A DNA stretch of 64,000 nucleotides from an uncultured Halanaerobiaceae bacterium (GTDB lineage Bacteria; Bacillota; Halanaerobiia; Halanaerobiales; Halarsenatibacteraceae): positions 60,151 to 124,150 of the forward strand of contig CAZVZM010000001.1 in assembly GCA_964630835.1 (NCBI GenBank), in the 5' to 3' direction. Numbering within the stretch: position 1 is the first letter of the stretch; each line of letters starts with the position of its first letter. Below, one piece after another: positions 1 through 10,170 of the stretch. A program made the position numbers and the translations under genes. The notes beneath the pieces were generated by a model. That model was not told the origin of the DNA and searched no databases. It saw only the letters and a list, made by a program, of their open reading frames with translations.

Positions 1-2
1 CT

Positions 3-935
3 ATAGCAAGCCGGGAGAAAAAGTCAGGCAGGGATGTAGGTGAGCTTTTGGATCTGGACCATGAATTGGGCGTGGAGGCAACTAATGATCCTGAAAGGGT
101 TCTGGATAACGATATCGATGTCGTTTTAAATGCCACCAGTTCTTTTCTCGATGAAGTAAGAGAGGAACTTGAAATGGCTATAGAGGCAAAATGCGATGTT
201 ATATCCATTGCCGAGGAGATGGCCTATCCGAGCGCCGGCGATCCTAAGTTTGCCGGGGATATTGATTCGCTGGCCCGGGAGCGGGGAGTTTCCGTTCTGG
301 GTACAGGCATCAACCCCGGTTTTGTGCTGGACCTTCTCATAATTACTCTATCGGGGGCCTGCGCAGAGGTGGAAAAAATAGAAGCTTCCCGGGTTAATGA
401 TCTTTCTCCTTTCGGTCCCACGGTGATGAAAACTCAGGGAGTGGGTACCACAGTAGAGGAGTTTGAAGAGGGTGTAAAAACTGGCAAAATTGTGGGCCAT
501 ATCGGTTTTAAAGAATCCATTTATATGGTTGCAGACAGGATCGGCTGGCAGCTGGATGAGGTTAAAGAGACACGCGAACCTATTATTTCCGATACACACC
601 GGAAGGCCGAACACGTGACAGTGGAGCCCGGTATGGTAGCAGGATGCCGGCACGTGGCCAGAGGCCTGCGCAATGGTGAGGAATTGATTGTTCTCAAGCA
701 TCCCCAGCAGATACACCCGGAAAAGGCCGGAGTCGATACCGGCGATTATATCAAAATCATTGGTGATCCGGGAGTTGATATGGCTATTCAACCTGAGATA
801 CCCGGCGGCAAAGGCACCATGGCTGTATCGATTAACATGATACCGGAGATTGTGAAAGCCGGGCCCGGACTAAGGACTATGGATGAGCTGCCGGTGCCGG
901 CAGCAATGATGGGAGATGTGAGCAAACTAATATAA
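3..935 (+). CDS. ord: 2,4-diaminopentanoate dehydrogenase (5'-truncated by window edge)
   Basis: The frame is open from position 3. Motifs GTGINPGFVLD and GHIGFKES fit a DapB-like dehydrogenase, and the gene lies directly upstream of ortAB. Confidence 0.85.
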   Translation: MASREKKSGRDVGELLDLDHELGVEATNDPERVLDNDIDVVLNATSSFLDEVREELEMAIEAKCDVISIAEEMAYPSAGDPKFAGDIDSLARERGVSVLGTGINPGFVLDLLIITLSGACAEVEKIEASRVNDLSPFGPTVMKTQGVGTTVEEFEEGVKTGKIVGHIGFKESIYMVADRIGWQLDEVKETREPIISDTHRKAEHVTVEPGMVAGCRHVARGLRNGEELIVLKHPQQIHPEKAGVDTGDYIKIIGDPGVDMAIQPEIPGGKGTMAVSINMIPEIVKAGPGLRTMDELPVPAAMMGDVSKLI

Positions 936-1080
936 GAGCTGGAGATAGGATTCAAAAAATTTCATTATGACTTGAGAGTTATAGCTTCCAGTATAATTAT
1001 ATAAGCTAATTTTGATACAAAGATTTAACAATTAAACGCTAGAAGAGCCTCTAAAAATATTAATCCGGGGTGATGATATC

Positions 1081-1395
1081 GTGGGTAAAAAAATTGAGGA
1101 GGGAAGCTGGGTAGAGATCCGCAGGACAGTTTTGGAGGCCGGCAGCAGAGCACCGCAGGTTCCTGAAGACACTCAGGATGTTCCTCTTGAGATGCGGGTG
1201 AAAGGTTATCTTCTCTCTCCGACTGCTGAAGGAGAAGAGGCTGAAATAGAGACGGTTTTGGGAAACCGCTATGAGGGAATTCTCCATGATTCAGAGCCTT
1301 CTTACGAGCACGTTTACGGTCCGCCCGTGCCCGAGCTTCTTTCCATTGGGGAGGAGCTCAGGGAAATAATGAGATCCGGTGGAGGGGATAACTGA
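1081..1395 (+). CDS. ortA: 2-amino-4-oxopentanoate thiolase alpha subunit
   Basis: 104 aa with WVEI..VL.AG.RAPQVPEDTQ.VPLEMRVKG; its stop overlaps the ortB start. Confidence 0.9.
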   Translation: MGKKIEEGSWVEIRRTVLEAGSRAPQVPEDTQDVPLEMRVKGYLLSPTAEGEEAEIETVLGNRYEGILHDSEPSYEHVYGPPVPELLSIGEELREIMRSGGGDN

Positions 1396-2816
1396 TGCCA
1401 GCTGAAAATTATGAAGAAGTTATGGATCGCCGCAATCAAATCATGAAAGAGGCGGTGGGGATAGATTATGATCAATTTCGCGTAAATGAGCTTATCTTTG
1501 ACTATGAAGCCATGATGGAGAAGGCGGGATATGACCTGGATGAAGTCCGCAGTATCCAGCAGGAGGCCAGTGTAGGGAATACCCCTCTGCTCGAGTTAAA
1601 AAATCTCACTGCTCTCGTCAGGGAGCTGGCTCCTCCGGGGAAAGGAGCACGAATATTCCTCAAGGATGAAGCCGCAAATCCCTCGGGAAGCTATAAACCG
1701 CGTAGAGCTTCCGTTTCCGTCTATCATGCTCAAAAGGAGGGCTATCCCGGCGTTGCAGCCGCCACCAGCGGAAATTACGGTGCAGCGGTGGCCTCTCAGG
1801 CCAACATTCGCAATCTGGACTCCATCATAGTTCAGGAGGTTTACGACAGCAAGGGCCGGGGGCAGCCCGAGATACTGGAGAAGGGGCGAAAATGCGAGGC
1901 TTATGGAGCGGAGGTTTTGCAGCTCACAGTGGGCCCGGAGCTTTTTTATACCTTTCTTAAAGTGCTGGAAGACACCGGATTTTTCAACGCCTCTCTCTAT
2001 ACACCTTTTGGTATTGCCGGCGTGGAAACTCTCGGATATGAGATTGTCAGCGAGATCAGGGAACAGGAAGGAAAGGATCCTGCTGCAGTTATCTGCACAA
2101 ATGCTGGCGGCGGCAATCTGACCGGAACTGCCCGGGGGATTGAAAAAGCAGGAGCTGATGATACGCTGATAATTGGAGCCAGCGTGGATTTGAGCGGTTT
2201 GCATATGGCCAGCGACAGAGACTTTAATCGCAAATCATTTACAACCGGGCATACCGGTTTTGGCATTCCCTTTGCCACCTGGCCGGACAGAGCGGATGTG
2301 CCCATAAATGCTGCCCGGGCCATGCGATATATGGATCGATATCTTATCGTCACGCAGGGCGAGGTATTTTACGTCACCGAAGCTCTGGCCCGACTGGAAG
2401 GGATGGAGAGAGGTCCGGCAGGAAACACTTCGCTGGCTCCTGCTCTCAGTCTGGCTCAGGAGATGGATAAGGATGAAATTATTGTTGTTCAGGAAACTGA
2501 ATACACCGGAGCGGGCAAGCACCCCATATCGCAGCTTAATTTTGCCCGGAAAATGGGTGTGGAGGTGTACAGAGGTGATCCCAAAAAAGAGGTGCCCGGA
2601 GAGTCGATAGTTATACCCGAACATCCCGAACAGATTGAGGGTGAAGACTTTAACCTTGAAAATATAAGGACTTCATATATCAGCAAAGCAGTGCAAAAGA
2701 GCGGCCTGGAAGAGCTCGGTCCGGATGAAATTGAATTTCTGGCTTCCGAAATCAATCTCTCCCCTGCAGAAACAGAAGAGTTGATTTCCAGCAGTATTGA
2801 TGTCGAAGTGGGCTGA
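1395..2816 (+). CDS. ortB: 2-amino-4-oxopentanoate thiolase beta subunit (PLP, fold type II)
   Basis: GNTPLLEL..KDEAANPSGSYK, ATSGNYGAAVA and GLHMASD motifs; ornithine-cluster context. Confidence 0.9.
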   Translation: MPAENYEEVMDRRNQIMKEAVGIDYDQFRVNELIFDYEAMMEKAGYDLDEVRSIQQEASVGNTPLLELKNLTALVRELAPPGKGARIFLKDEAANPSGSYKPRRASVSVYHAQKEGYPGVAAATSGNYGAAVASQANIRNLDSIIVQEVYDSKGRGQPEILEKGRKCEAYGAEVLQLTVGPELFYTFLKVLEDTGFFNASLYTPFGIAGVETLGYEIVSEIREQEGKDPAAVICTNAGGGNLTGTARGIEKAGADDTLIIGASVDLSGLHMASDRDFNRKSFTTGHTGFGIPFATWPDRADVPINAARAMRYMDRYLIVTQGEVFYVTEALARLEGMERGPAGNTSLAPALSLAQEMDKDEIIVVQETEYTGAGKHPISQLNFARKMGVEVYRGDPKKEVPGESIVIPEHPEQIEGEDFNLENIRTSYISKAVQKSGLEELGPDEIEFLASEINLSPAETEELISSSIDVEVG

Positions 2817-2962
2817 TGGAGGACTTTATAACCTGTTTTATGCGGTGCAATATCATCGTTATATAATATACAATGACTGCTCTGAGAAAAGTCATTTTAC
2901 CGGATCTCTGATTGATATGATACATGATGCGCCTGGGGTCCTATTTTCAAAATATTTATAGC

Positions 2963-3052
2963 TGGAAGATGTGATGTAAAGTAAAAGGGGAAATTTTTCG
3001 AGACCCGGGTTAGGTCCATGGCCGAAAACTAAACTTAGGCGGAGGAAAAATT
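2963..3052 (+). repeat. Dispersed intergenic repeat, copy A
   Basis: AAATTTTTCGAGACCCGGGTTAGGTCCATGGCC..CTAAACTTAGGCGGAGGAAAAATT shares blocks with the copies at 46449-46554, 53811-53875 and 61058-61168. Confidence 0.75.
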
Positions 3053-3098
3053 ATCTTATCGCGATCTTTTTTTATCTTAATGAGGAGCTGGCAGATAT

Positions 3099-4445
3099 AT
3101 GGGAAAAATCGATATACTTGCAGCTGAAATAGGCAGCACAACTACAATGGTTAACGCCTTCGATAGCCCCGGCGATAATCCTGATTTTCTGGGACAGGGT
3201 CTTGCCCGCACAACCGTAGAAGATGGCGATGTTACAATAGGCCTGCGTCGGGCCGTGGATAATCTCAGGGAAGAGCTGGATTATCAGGACCTCACCTGGA
3301 ATGAGTTTGTAGCCACCAGCAGCGCCGCCGGCGGCCTGAAGATGACCGTTCACGGTTTGGTAAAGGACATGACAGTAAGAGCGGCGCAAGAGGCTGCTCT
3401 GGGGGCGGGGGCGGTAATAGAACAGGTTACTGCAGGCAAACTTAAAGATAGGAATCTGGAAAAAGTCAGAGAGATATCTCCAAATATCATTCTGCTGGCC
3501 GGTGGAGTTGATTACGGAGAAGAGGAGACGGTGATTCACAATGCCCGGGCGCTGGCAGAGCTCGATAAAGAAATACCTCTTATTTACGCCGGCAACCAGG
3601 CAGTCCGGGAAGAGGTGGAGGAAATTTTTGCTCCTACAAACTTTGAGGTCCTGGCGGCGGAAAACGTATATCCCGATATAGATAATCTCAATATCGAGCC
3701 CACCCGGAAGTTAATTCACGATGTGTTTGCCAGCCATATAGTAAAAGCTCCGGGCATGGAAAAAATCGAGGAGTGGCTGGATCTGGAAATGATGCCCACT
3801 CCCGGTGCAGTTATGGAGGCTGCCCGCCTGCTCAAAAAGGAAATAGGCAATCTGGTTGTCTTTGATGTGGGAGGAGCCACCACTGATATTCATTCCGTCT
3901 GCCAGGAGTCCGGAAAAGTGGCGGAAATGCTTGTCAGCCCGGAGCCGGAAGCCAAAAGAACTGTTGAAGGAGATCTCGGTGTTTACCGCAATGCCCCCTA
4001 TGTAGCTGAATTGATGGGGGATGAGCTGGATTCTGATCGGGATCTCTCCCCGCTTCCCCGTGATGAAGAAGAGGAGGAGCTGGTAAACAGGCTTGCCCGG
4101 GAGGCTGCTGAGAGGGCATTAAAGAGACACGCCGGTCAGTTTCGGGATTATTACACCTCTGGAGGCAGGCAGACTGTGGCTGAGGGCAAGGATCTTACAG
4201 CTGCTAACTGGCTTATTGGCACTGGAGGAGCTCTGACCAGACTCTCCCGGGGGCGGGAGATTTTATCCTCGCTGCGTACAAAGCATTCCCGCAGGCTTCT
4301 GCCTCTTCCGGAAGCTAAGGTTTTGCTCGATGAGGATTACATTATGGCTTCGGTCGGAGTTATAAGCCAGCGCTATCCTGCAGCAGCCCTGAAGCTTCTT
4401 TTAAAAAGTCTCCGGCTAGAAAATAAGAACTTCAAAAATATTTAA
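3099..4445 (+). CDS. GlmL/MutL-like protein, probable ornithine aminomutase reactivase
   Basis: ASKHA motifs AEIGSTTT, SSAAGGL, DVGGATTDIHS and RTVEGDLG; adjacent to oraSE. Confidence 0.85.
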   Translation: MGKIDILAAEIGSTTTMVNAFDSPGDNPDFLGQGLARTTVEDGDVTIGLRRAVDNLREELDYQDLTWNEFVATSSAAGGLKMTVHGLVKDMTVRAAQEAALGAGAVIEQVTAGKLKDRNLEKVREISPNIILLAGGVDYGEEETVIHNARALAELDKEIPLIYAGNQAVREEVEEIFAPTNFEVLAAENVYPDIDNLNIEPTRKLIHDVFASHIVKAPGMEKIEEWLDLEMMPTPGAVMEAARLLKKEIGNLVVFDVGGATTDIHSVCQESGKVAEMLVSPEPEAKRTVEGDLGVYRNAPYVAELMGDELDSDRDLSPLPRDEEEEELVNRLAREAAERALKRHAGQFRDYYTSGGRQTVAEGKDLTAANWLIGTGGALTRLSRGREILSSLRTKHSRRLLPLPEAKVLLDEDYIMASVGVISQRYPAAALKLLLKSLRLENKNFKNI

Positions 4446-4514
4446 ACCAGGATAGAAATGAGGTTCTTCTTGTTAAACGGAAGAAGAGCCAAAAATGAAA
4501 TGGGAGGAATTTCT

Positions 4515-4889
4515 ATGCCTTCGCAGCGAGAGGATGATTTTGCGGAGCGAAGAAAACATCTTGCTGACCTGAGCGAGGAGGAATTAAAGGAAAAGTTCTG
4601 GGAGCTGGCTGAAGAAATAGTCGATCCCATTATGGATCTGGCCAGCACCCACACTTCTCCTTCTATTGAGAGATCGGTGCTTTTAAGAATGGGCTTTGAC
4701 AGCCTGGATGCCAAAGCAATAGTAAAGAAAATAACGGAAGCTGATCTGCTTGGCAAAGGAGCGGGTCACGTGATTTTAAAACTGGCAGAAAGAGAAAATA
4801 TGGAGATCAAAGAGGCGGGTCTGGCCATAAAAGAAGGCGACTTTGAAAGCGACAGTCTCAGAGCCCTGTTTGCAGGAGGTGGGGACTGA
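4515..4889 (+). CDS. oraS: D-ornithine 4,5-aminomutase small subunit
   Basis: REDDF..RRKHL..LSEEEL..KFW..HTSPSIERSVLLRMGF. Start moved from 4458 to ATG 4515 because of the GGAGG RBS. Confidence 0.9.
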   Translation: MPSQREDDFAERRKHLADLSEEELKEKFWELAEEIVDPIMDLASTHTSPSIERSVLLRMGFDSLDAKAIVKKITEADLLGKGAGHVILKLAERENMEIKEAGLAIKEGDFESDSLRALFAGGGD

Positions 4890-7087
4890 TGGAGGAACTG
4901 TCACCTGATGAAAAAATTGATATCGAGGCGCTTCTGGAAGACATAGAAAATTATGAACCCCGCCGCAGGGGCTGGATCTGGCGGGAACCGGTTGATGAGC
5001 TAGAAATGGGTGATTTCACCTATGAAGATATGAGCAAACCGCTCGATAACAGCGTTCCCCTGCCGGCGGCCAGGAGTTTTGACGGGATCGACCCCCAGCC
5101 CGAACCGGTTATAACTACCGAAATTGCTTCCGGCCGCTTCGAGGACGATATACGACGTATGCGCATGGCGGCCTGGCATGGTGCCGATCATCTTATGGTG
5201 ATCAGGACAGCAGGTCAGAGCCATTTTGACGGACTCATAGAGGGCACACCCGAAGGGGTGGGAGGTATTCCCATAACCCGCAAACAGATTCGCGTGACCA
5301 GAAAGGCCCTGGATTTGATCGAGGATGAAGTGGGCAGACCGCTAAACTTTCACTCCTATGTAAGCGGAGTGGCCGGTCCGGAGATAGGAGTGCTCTTTGC
5401 TGAAGAAGGTGTCAATGGTGCCCATCAGGATCCTCAGTACAATGTTCTTTACAGGGATGTAAATATGTATCGCTCCTTTGTAGATGCTGCTGTGGCGAAA
5501 AAGGTTATGGCTGCGGTGGATATGCTTCAGATCGACGGAGCTCACAATGCCAATGCCACTGCCCGCAAGGCCTGGAAGGTTATGCCGGAGCTTTTCGTTC
5601 AGCATGCCATAAACTCCATGTTTTCGCTGAAGGCGGGGATGAAAAAGGAGCTAATAGCTCTGTCAACTGTTCCTCCGGCGGCACCGCCGGCTCCAGACTT
5701 AAGGTTAAATTTGCCCTATGCCGTGGCTCTCCGCGAATTTTTTGATGGTTTCCGCTTTCGAGCTCAGCAGAATACCAAATACATGGAATCATCCGTGCGG
5801 GAGGCTACTGTCACCCATACTCTGAATTTGTTTATTTCTGCCCTGACTTCGGCTGATATTCAGAGCACCATAACACCGGATGAGGGCCGCAATGTCCCCT
5901 GGCATTACAACAACATCAAGGCTGTCGATACGGCCAAACAGACCTTTGCCGGCCTTGACGGTCTGGATAGGCTGGTGGATTTACAGGATGATTCCGGAAG
6001 CGAACTGCGCCAGAAGGCCAGGGAGCTCAAGGAGAGGGCCATACTGTTCATGGAGGAGATTCTGGAGACAGGCGGTTATTTTGAGGCTGTGTCGGAGGGA
6101 TTTTTCGTTGACTCCGGCCGCTATCCCGAACGCAATGCCGACGGCATTGTGCGGGAGCAGGACGGGGGTGTTGCCGCTGAAAGCATTGTCCCCAGGGACG
6201 ATGATTATCTGGCTCCGGTCTGCAATCATTTCGGCTATAACAATCTGCCCGAAAATGTGGAAAAGGGATGCGATCTGATAGGAGGCTGTACTCTTGAGGA
6301 GCGAGATAAGATAGAGTTCATAGATGAACTCGATCCTGAGGATAATGTGCGAACCCGACTGGAGGAGACAGAGGAATATCGCAAAGGCAATCTGCTCAAG
6401 CCCGAGGTCGAATGGAGCGGTGACGGCTGGCTTGAAGTAACTCTTTTCCTGCCGGTAGAAGAGCTTGTGGCCGAGGAGGCCGCTCATCAGATTGGAGAAA
6501 AAATGGGTCTGAAAAATGTAGAGGTAATTCACCGGGAGACCATGCATCCCAGCGAAGGGACTCTTATTGAAATGAAGGGTCAGGTGGACTTTGCCATAGA
6601 TCTGGATGAGCTTGAGATTCCGGAAAAAGATATTCCTCTGCCCGAGGATGAGATCAGGGGATTTGTGAAAGAAAATCCCCTGCAGGTGGTGGCAGCCACA
6701 GTGGGTGAGGACGAGCATTCTGTCGGCTTAAGAGAAATAATAGATATAAAGCATGGAGGCATTGAAAAATACGGTATTAAGACCCGCTATCTCGGCACCT
6801 CGATTCCCATAAATAAGGTTGTAGACGCCGCCATAGAGACAGATGCTGATATTATTATGATCAGCACAATAATCACTCACAACGATGTCCACAGAGAAAA
6901 CATGAAAAAACTCCATGATCTCTGCCGGGAGCGCGGCATAAGGGAGGACGTTCTGCTTATAGGCGGCGGCACTCAGGTGACCGATGAGATAGCCAAAAAA
7001 TGCGGCATGGATGCCGGTTTTGGCCGGGGAACCACCGGAGAGCAGGTGGCCAGCTATATTGTTAAGAAGCTGCGGGGAGATATCTAG
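4889..7087 (+). CDS. oraE: D-ornithine 4,5-aminomutase large subunit (PLP/AdoCbl)
   Basis: EIASGRFEDDIRRMRMAAWHGADH, C-terminal B12-binding DEHSVGLREIIDIKHGG and GFGRGT motifs. Confidence 0.92.
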   Translation: MEELSPDEKIDIEALLEDIENYEPRRRGWIWREPVDELEMGDFTYEDMSKPLDNSVPLPAARSFDGIDPQPEPVITTEIASGRFEDDIRRMRMAAWHGADHLMVIRTAGQSHFDGLIEGTPEGVGGIPITRKQIRVTRKALDLIEDEVGRPLNFHSYVSGVAGPEIGVLFAEEGVNGAHQDPQYNVLYRDVNMYRSFVDAAVAKKVMAAVDMLQIDGAHNANATARKAWKVMPELFVQHAINSMFSLKAGMKKELIALSTVPPAAPPAPDLRLNLPYAVALREFFDGFRFRAQQNTKYMESSVREATVTHTLNLFISALTSADIQSTITPDEGRNVPWHYNNIKAVDTAKQTFAGLDGLDRLVDLQDDSGSELRQKARELKERAILFMEEILETGGYFEAVSEGFFVDSGRYPERNADGIVREQDGGVAAESIVPRDDDYLAPVCNHFGYNNLPENVEKGCDLIGGCTLEERDKIEFIDELDPEDNVRTRLEETEEYRKGNLLKPEVEWSGDGWLEVTLFLPVEELVAEEAAHQIGEKMGLKNVEVIHRETMHPSEGTLIEMKGQVDFAIDLDELEIPEKDIPLPEDEIRGFVKENPLQVVAATVGEDEHSVGLREIIDIKHGGIEKYGIKTRYLGTSIPINKVVDAAIETDADIIMISTIITHNDVHRENMKKLHDLCRERGIREDVLLIGGGTQVTDEIAKKCGMDAGFGRGTTGEQVASYIVKKLRGDI

Positions 7088-7232
7088 AGGAGATATCCAG
7101 AGGATATGAACTTTAATTCATAATAGAATTTTAGCCAGGGCTCATAATATTGAAAGTTTGATGATATCGATTTTATGCAGTGCAAAAATTTATAGGATTT
7201 AAAGAAGAGCCGGTTTTAATTGCCGATCAGAA

Positions 7233-8381
7233 ATGGGGGTTTTAATCTTGGCCGACCGAACCAGGCCGGTATGGGCTGAAGTTGATCTGGACAGTATTCG
7301 CCATCAAATACACACAGTTCGTCGTCAGGTGGGTGATGATCCAGAGATAATGGCAGTTGTTAAGGCTGATGGCTATGGACACGGAGCTGTGCCGGTATCA
7401 CGGGCTGCACTGCAAGCCGGGGCAGAAAGGCTGGCAGTGGCCCTTCCCGAGGAGGGGATGGAACTGAGGGCTTCGGGGATTGAGGCTCCGATCCAGGTGC
7501 TGGGCGAAGCCCTGGGCGAACAGCTGCGCCTGCTGGTGGAATATGATCTGATACCCACCATATGCCGGGAAGATTCTTATAAAAAGCTGAGTGAAAAGGC
7601 CCAGGATGAAGGCGTCGAACTCTCAGCTGCTATAAAGGTCGATACAGGCATGGGAAGGATAGGAGTCAGTCCGGATGAGCTTCCCTCCTACCTGCGGCGA
7701 GTCTCCTCTGCTCCTGGACTCAATGTTGACAGCATCATGACCCATTTTGCCACGGCTGATGAAGCTGATAAGGAGTATACCCGGGAACAATACAGCCGGT
7801 TTCGCAGGGCGATTGAAGAGGCAGATAAAGAGGGCCTGAAGATCAAAGAAATTAAGTGTCAGGTGGCAAACAGTGCGACAATAATTGATATGCCCGAATA
7901 CTCCCTGGATATAGTTAGACCGGGTATTATGCTTTATGGCCTGCATCCCTCTCGCCAGGTAAATCAGGATTTTCCCCTGAAGCCTGTGATGTCATTAAAA
8001 GCCCGCATAGTTTATCTTAAGACTGTGCAGCCCGGCACATCTATAAGCTATGGAGCTACCTATGTCACTGAGGAGGAGAAAAAGATTGCCACCTTACCCC
8101 TGGGATATGCAGATGGTTACCCCCGGCATCTCTCCAATAAGGGAGAGGTTCTTGTGAATGGAACCCGGGCCCCTATCCGCGGCAGGGTGTGCATGGATCA
8201 GATAATGATTGATGTAAGTCATATTTCCGGTGTTCAGACTGGAGATGATGTGATTCTAATTGGCGGCGAGAGTGATGATGAGATCAGTGCAACAGAGCTG
8301 GCTGAGAAGGTGGGAACGATAAATTATGAAATTGTTTCCCGCCTGGGTAGCCGGGTTCCCAGGGAGTATTTAAACTGCTGA
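7233..8381 (+). CDS. alr: Alanine racemase-family PLP enzyme (canonical Alr type; possible alternative start TTG 7248)
   Basis: MAVVKADGYGHGA, KVDTGMGRIG, THFATAD, VRPGIMLYG, GYADG and GRVCMDQ motifs. Confidence 0.85.
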   Translation: MGVLILADRTRPVWAEVDLDSIRHQIHTVRRQVGDDPEIMAVVKADGYGHGAVPVSRAALQAGAERLAVALPEEGMELRASGIEAPIQVLGEALGEQLRLLVEYDLIPTICREDSYKKLSEKAQDEGVELSAAIKVDTGMGRIGVSPDELPSYLRRVSSAPGLNVDSIMTHFATADEADKEYTREQYSRFRRAIEEADKEGLKIKEIKCQVANSATIIDMPEYSLDIVRPGIMLYGLHPSRQVNQDFPLKPVMSLKARIVYLKTVQPGTSISYGATYVTEEEKKIATLPLGYADGYPRHLSNKGEVLVNGTRAPIRGRVCMDQIMIDVSHISGVQTGDDVILIGGESDDEISATELAEKVGTINYEIVSRLGSRVPREYLNC

Positions 8382-8453
8382 CATCCGGACAGTGACATCC
8401 ATCTGCAAATTACATCAGTGGGGCTTTCTCGGCAAAATTTCGATAAAATATAC

Positions 8454-8482
8454 TTGACCTGGAAAACTTTAATTATTATAAT
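8454..8482 (+). promoter_or_regulatory. sigma-A-type promoter upstream of tldD
   Basis: TTGACC (8454-8459), 17-nt spacer, TATAAT (8477-8482). Confidence 0.55.
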
Positions 8483-8786
8483 TTATTATACTATACTTCA
8501 AAACTGAAATCCATTTTCCATTTTTTAATTTCTTCTACCAATCAGTTATTGAAATTTGTTTAAGCTTAACAGCATTTGGGACTATTTTGTTCGGTTTTTA
8601 TGGAGACTATTGGGCTTTCTTCATATAGAAATTTTTTAAAGAAGTTTTTTCTCAACTTTTCAGGGTTTATAGTATCATATAACATCTTTTAATAACTGCA
8701 TCATCTTTGCATTATAGCAGCTTTTTAGAAGATCTTTTTTTGAGTCAGCACTATATTTACAGACAGAAAAACAAAGGGGGAGGAGA

Positions 8787-10169
8787 ATGGAAAAAAACTT
8801 AAAATCGCTTCTTGACGTGGATAAACTGGATTATGGCGATGTTCGCTACGAAAAGAATGAAGAGACCAGCATTTCTTTTGAGAACGATGAGATTAAGGAT
8901 ATCAAGTCATCATATCGGGAGGGCGGACATCTGCGTCTTTTTCAGAAGGGACGAAAAGCGGTAAATTCCTTTACTTCTGTGGAAGATGCCCTTGATATGC
9001 GGGACTCTCTTTTGATGGTCGCGGAAAAGTCAGCAGATCTGGATGATAGACAAAAGGAGCTCAAAGATGCCCCCGTCAAAGAGGATGAGGTGCGCATCGA
9101 GCCTGACAGCGATCCCCGGGATTACACCCTTTCTGAAAAGAAAGAGCTGCTGGAGGAATACAACAATCTGGCCCTTGAAGGGGATAATGTTATCAAAACT
9201 GAATTTCGCTACCGGGACTTTTACTCGGATAGAGTATTTATCAACAGTGAGGGCAGCAGGATAAAATACGAACTTCTGGGTAGCTATATCAGCGGCCGCG
9301 TCTACGGGCGCAAAGGAGATGTGGTGCAGACAAAAAGAATCAGTTTCGGAGGCTATCCGGAGTTTTCCCGGCTTGTAGACCGTCAGGATGAAGTGCGGGA
9401 AAATTTAGAGATACTTCAGCAGATGCTCAGCGCGGATCCTATTTCTGCCGGAAGCTATCCGGTAATAGTAAATCCGGAGCTGGGTTCAGTATTTATTCAT
9501 GAAGCTTTCGGTCATCTTTCGGAAGCTGACAGTATAGAAAATAATCCCGAATTCAGAAAGAGGCTGGAGATGGACAGAGAGCTTGGGGGATCTCATCTCA
9601 ATGTTGTTGATGATCCCACCCTGGAGGAGAAGCCCGGTTCCTATGTCTATGATGATGAGGGGCAGAAGGGTGAGCGCACGGATTTAATTAAAGAAGGCAA
9701 ACTGGCGGGGAGGCTTCATTCCCGGGCCACCGCCGCTACCTTTTCCGAACCCATTAGCGGCAACATGCGGGCCGTGGACTGTCATCATACTCCCATCATC
9801 CGCATGTCAAATATCTTCATAGTCCCGGGTGATCACGATCCCGATAAACTTTTTAATTCCATAGATGAGGGTTATTATCTGCTCAACAGCCGCGGCGGTC
9901 AGACCACCGGTGATCAATTTACCTTTGGCGCCGAATATGGATATAAAATTGAAAATGGAGAGAAGCAGGAGATGGTTCGCGATATCAATTTAAGCGGTGA
10001 ACTCTTCAAAACTCTGGAGAGGATTTCTATGGTTGCTGATGACCTCACATTTTCCGAAGTTGGAGGCTGCGGCAAGGGCAGTCCCGGCAGTGGTATGCAG
10101 CTCAATATGTTTTCTGGCAAAGGCGCACCTCATGTGAAAATCGATCAGGTTACAATTGGAGGGAAATAA
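8787..10169 (+). CDS. tldD: TldD-family metalloprotease
   Basis: HEAFGHLSEAD zinc motif, YDDEG, RMSNIFI and GCGK..GAPH at the C-terminus. Confidence 0.85.
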   Translation: MEKNLKSLLDVDKLDYGDVRYEKNEETSISFENDEIKDIKSSYREGGHLRLFQKGRKAVNSFTSVEDALDMRDSLLMVAEKSADLDDRQKELKDAPVKEDEVRIEPDSDPRDYTLSEKKELLEEYNNLALEGDNVIKTEFRYRDFYSDRVFINSEGSRIKYELLGSYISGRVYGRKGDVVQTKRISFGGYPEFSRLVDRQDEVRENLEILQQMLSADPISAGSYPVIVNPELGSVFIHEAFGHLSEADSIENNPEFRKRLEMDRELGGSHLNVVDDPTLEEKPGSYVYDDEGQKGERTDLIKEGKLAGRLHSRATAATFSEPISGNMRAVDCHHTPIIRMSNIFIVPGDHDPDKLFNSIDEGYYLLNSRGGQTTGDQFTFGAEYGYKIENGEKQEMVRDINLSGELFKTLERISMVADDLTFSEVGGCGKGSPGSGMQLNMFSGKGAPHVKIDQVTIGGK

Positions 10170-10170
10170 T

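Noticed and set aside
7075-7110. Short tandem duplication GGAGATATCTAGA-GGAGATATCCAGA-GGATAT at the oraE stop
   Set aside because: Only about 2.5 imperfect 13-nt units; most likely local slippage with no evident function.
7233-8381. Calling this gene ornithine racemase (orr)
   Set aside because: Its motifs are those of canonical Alr, and position alone is not enough.
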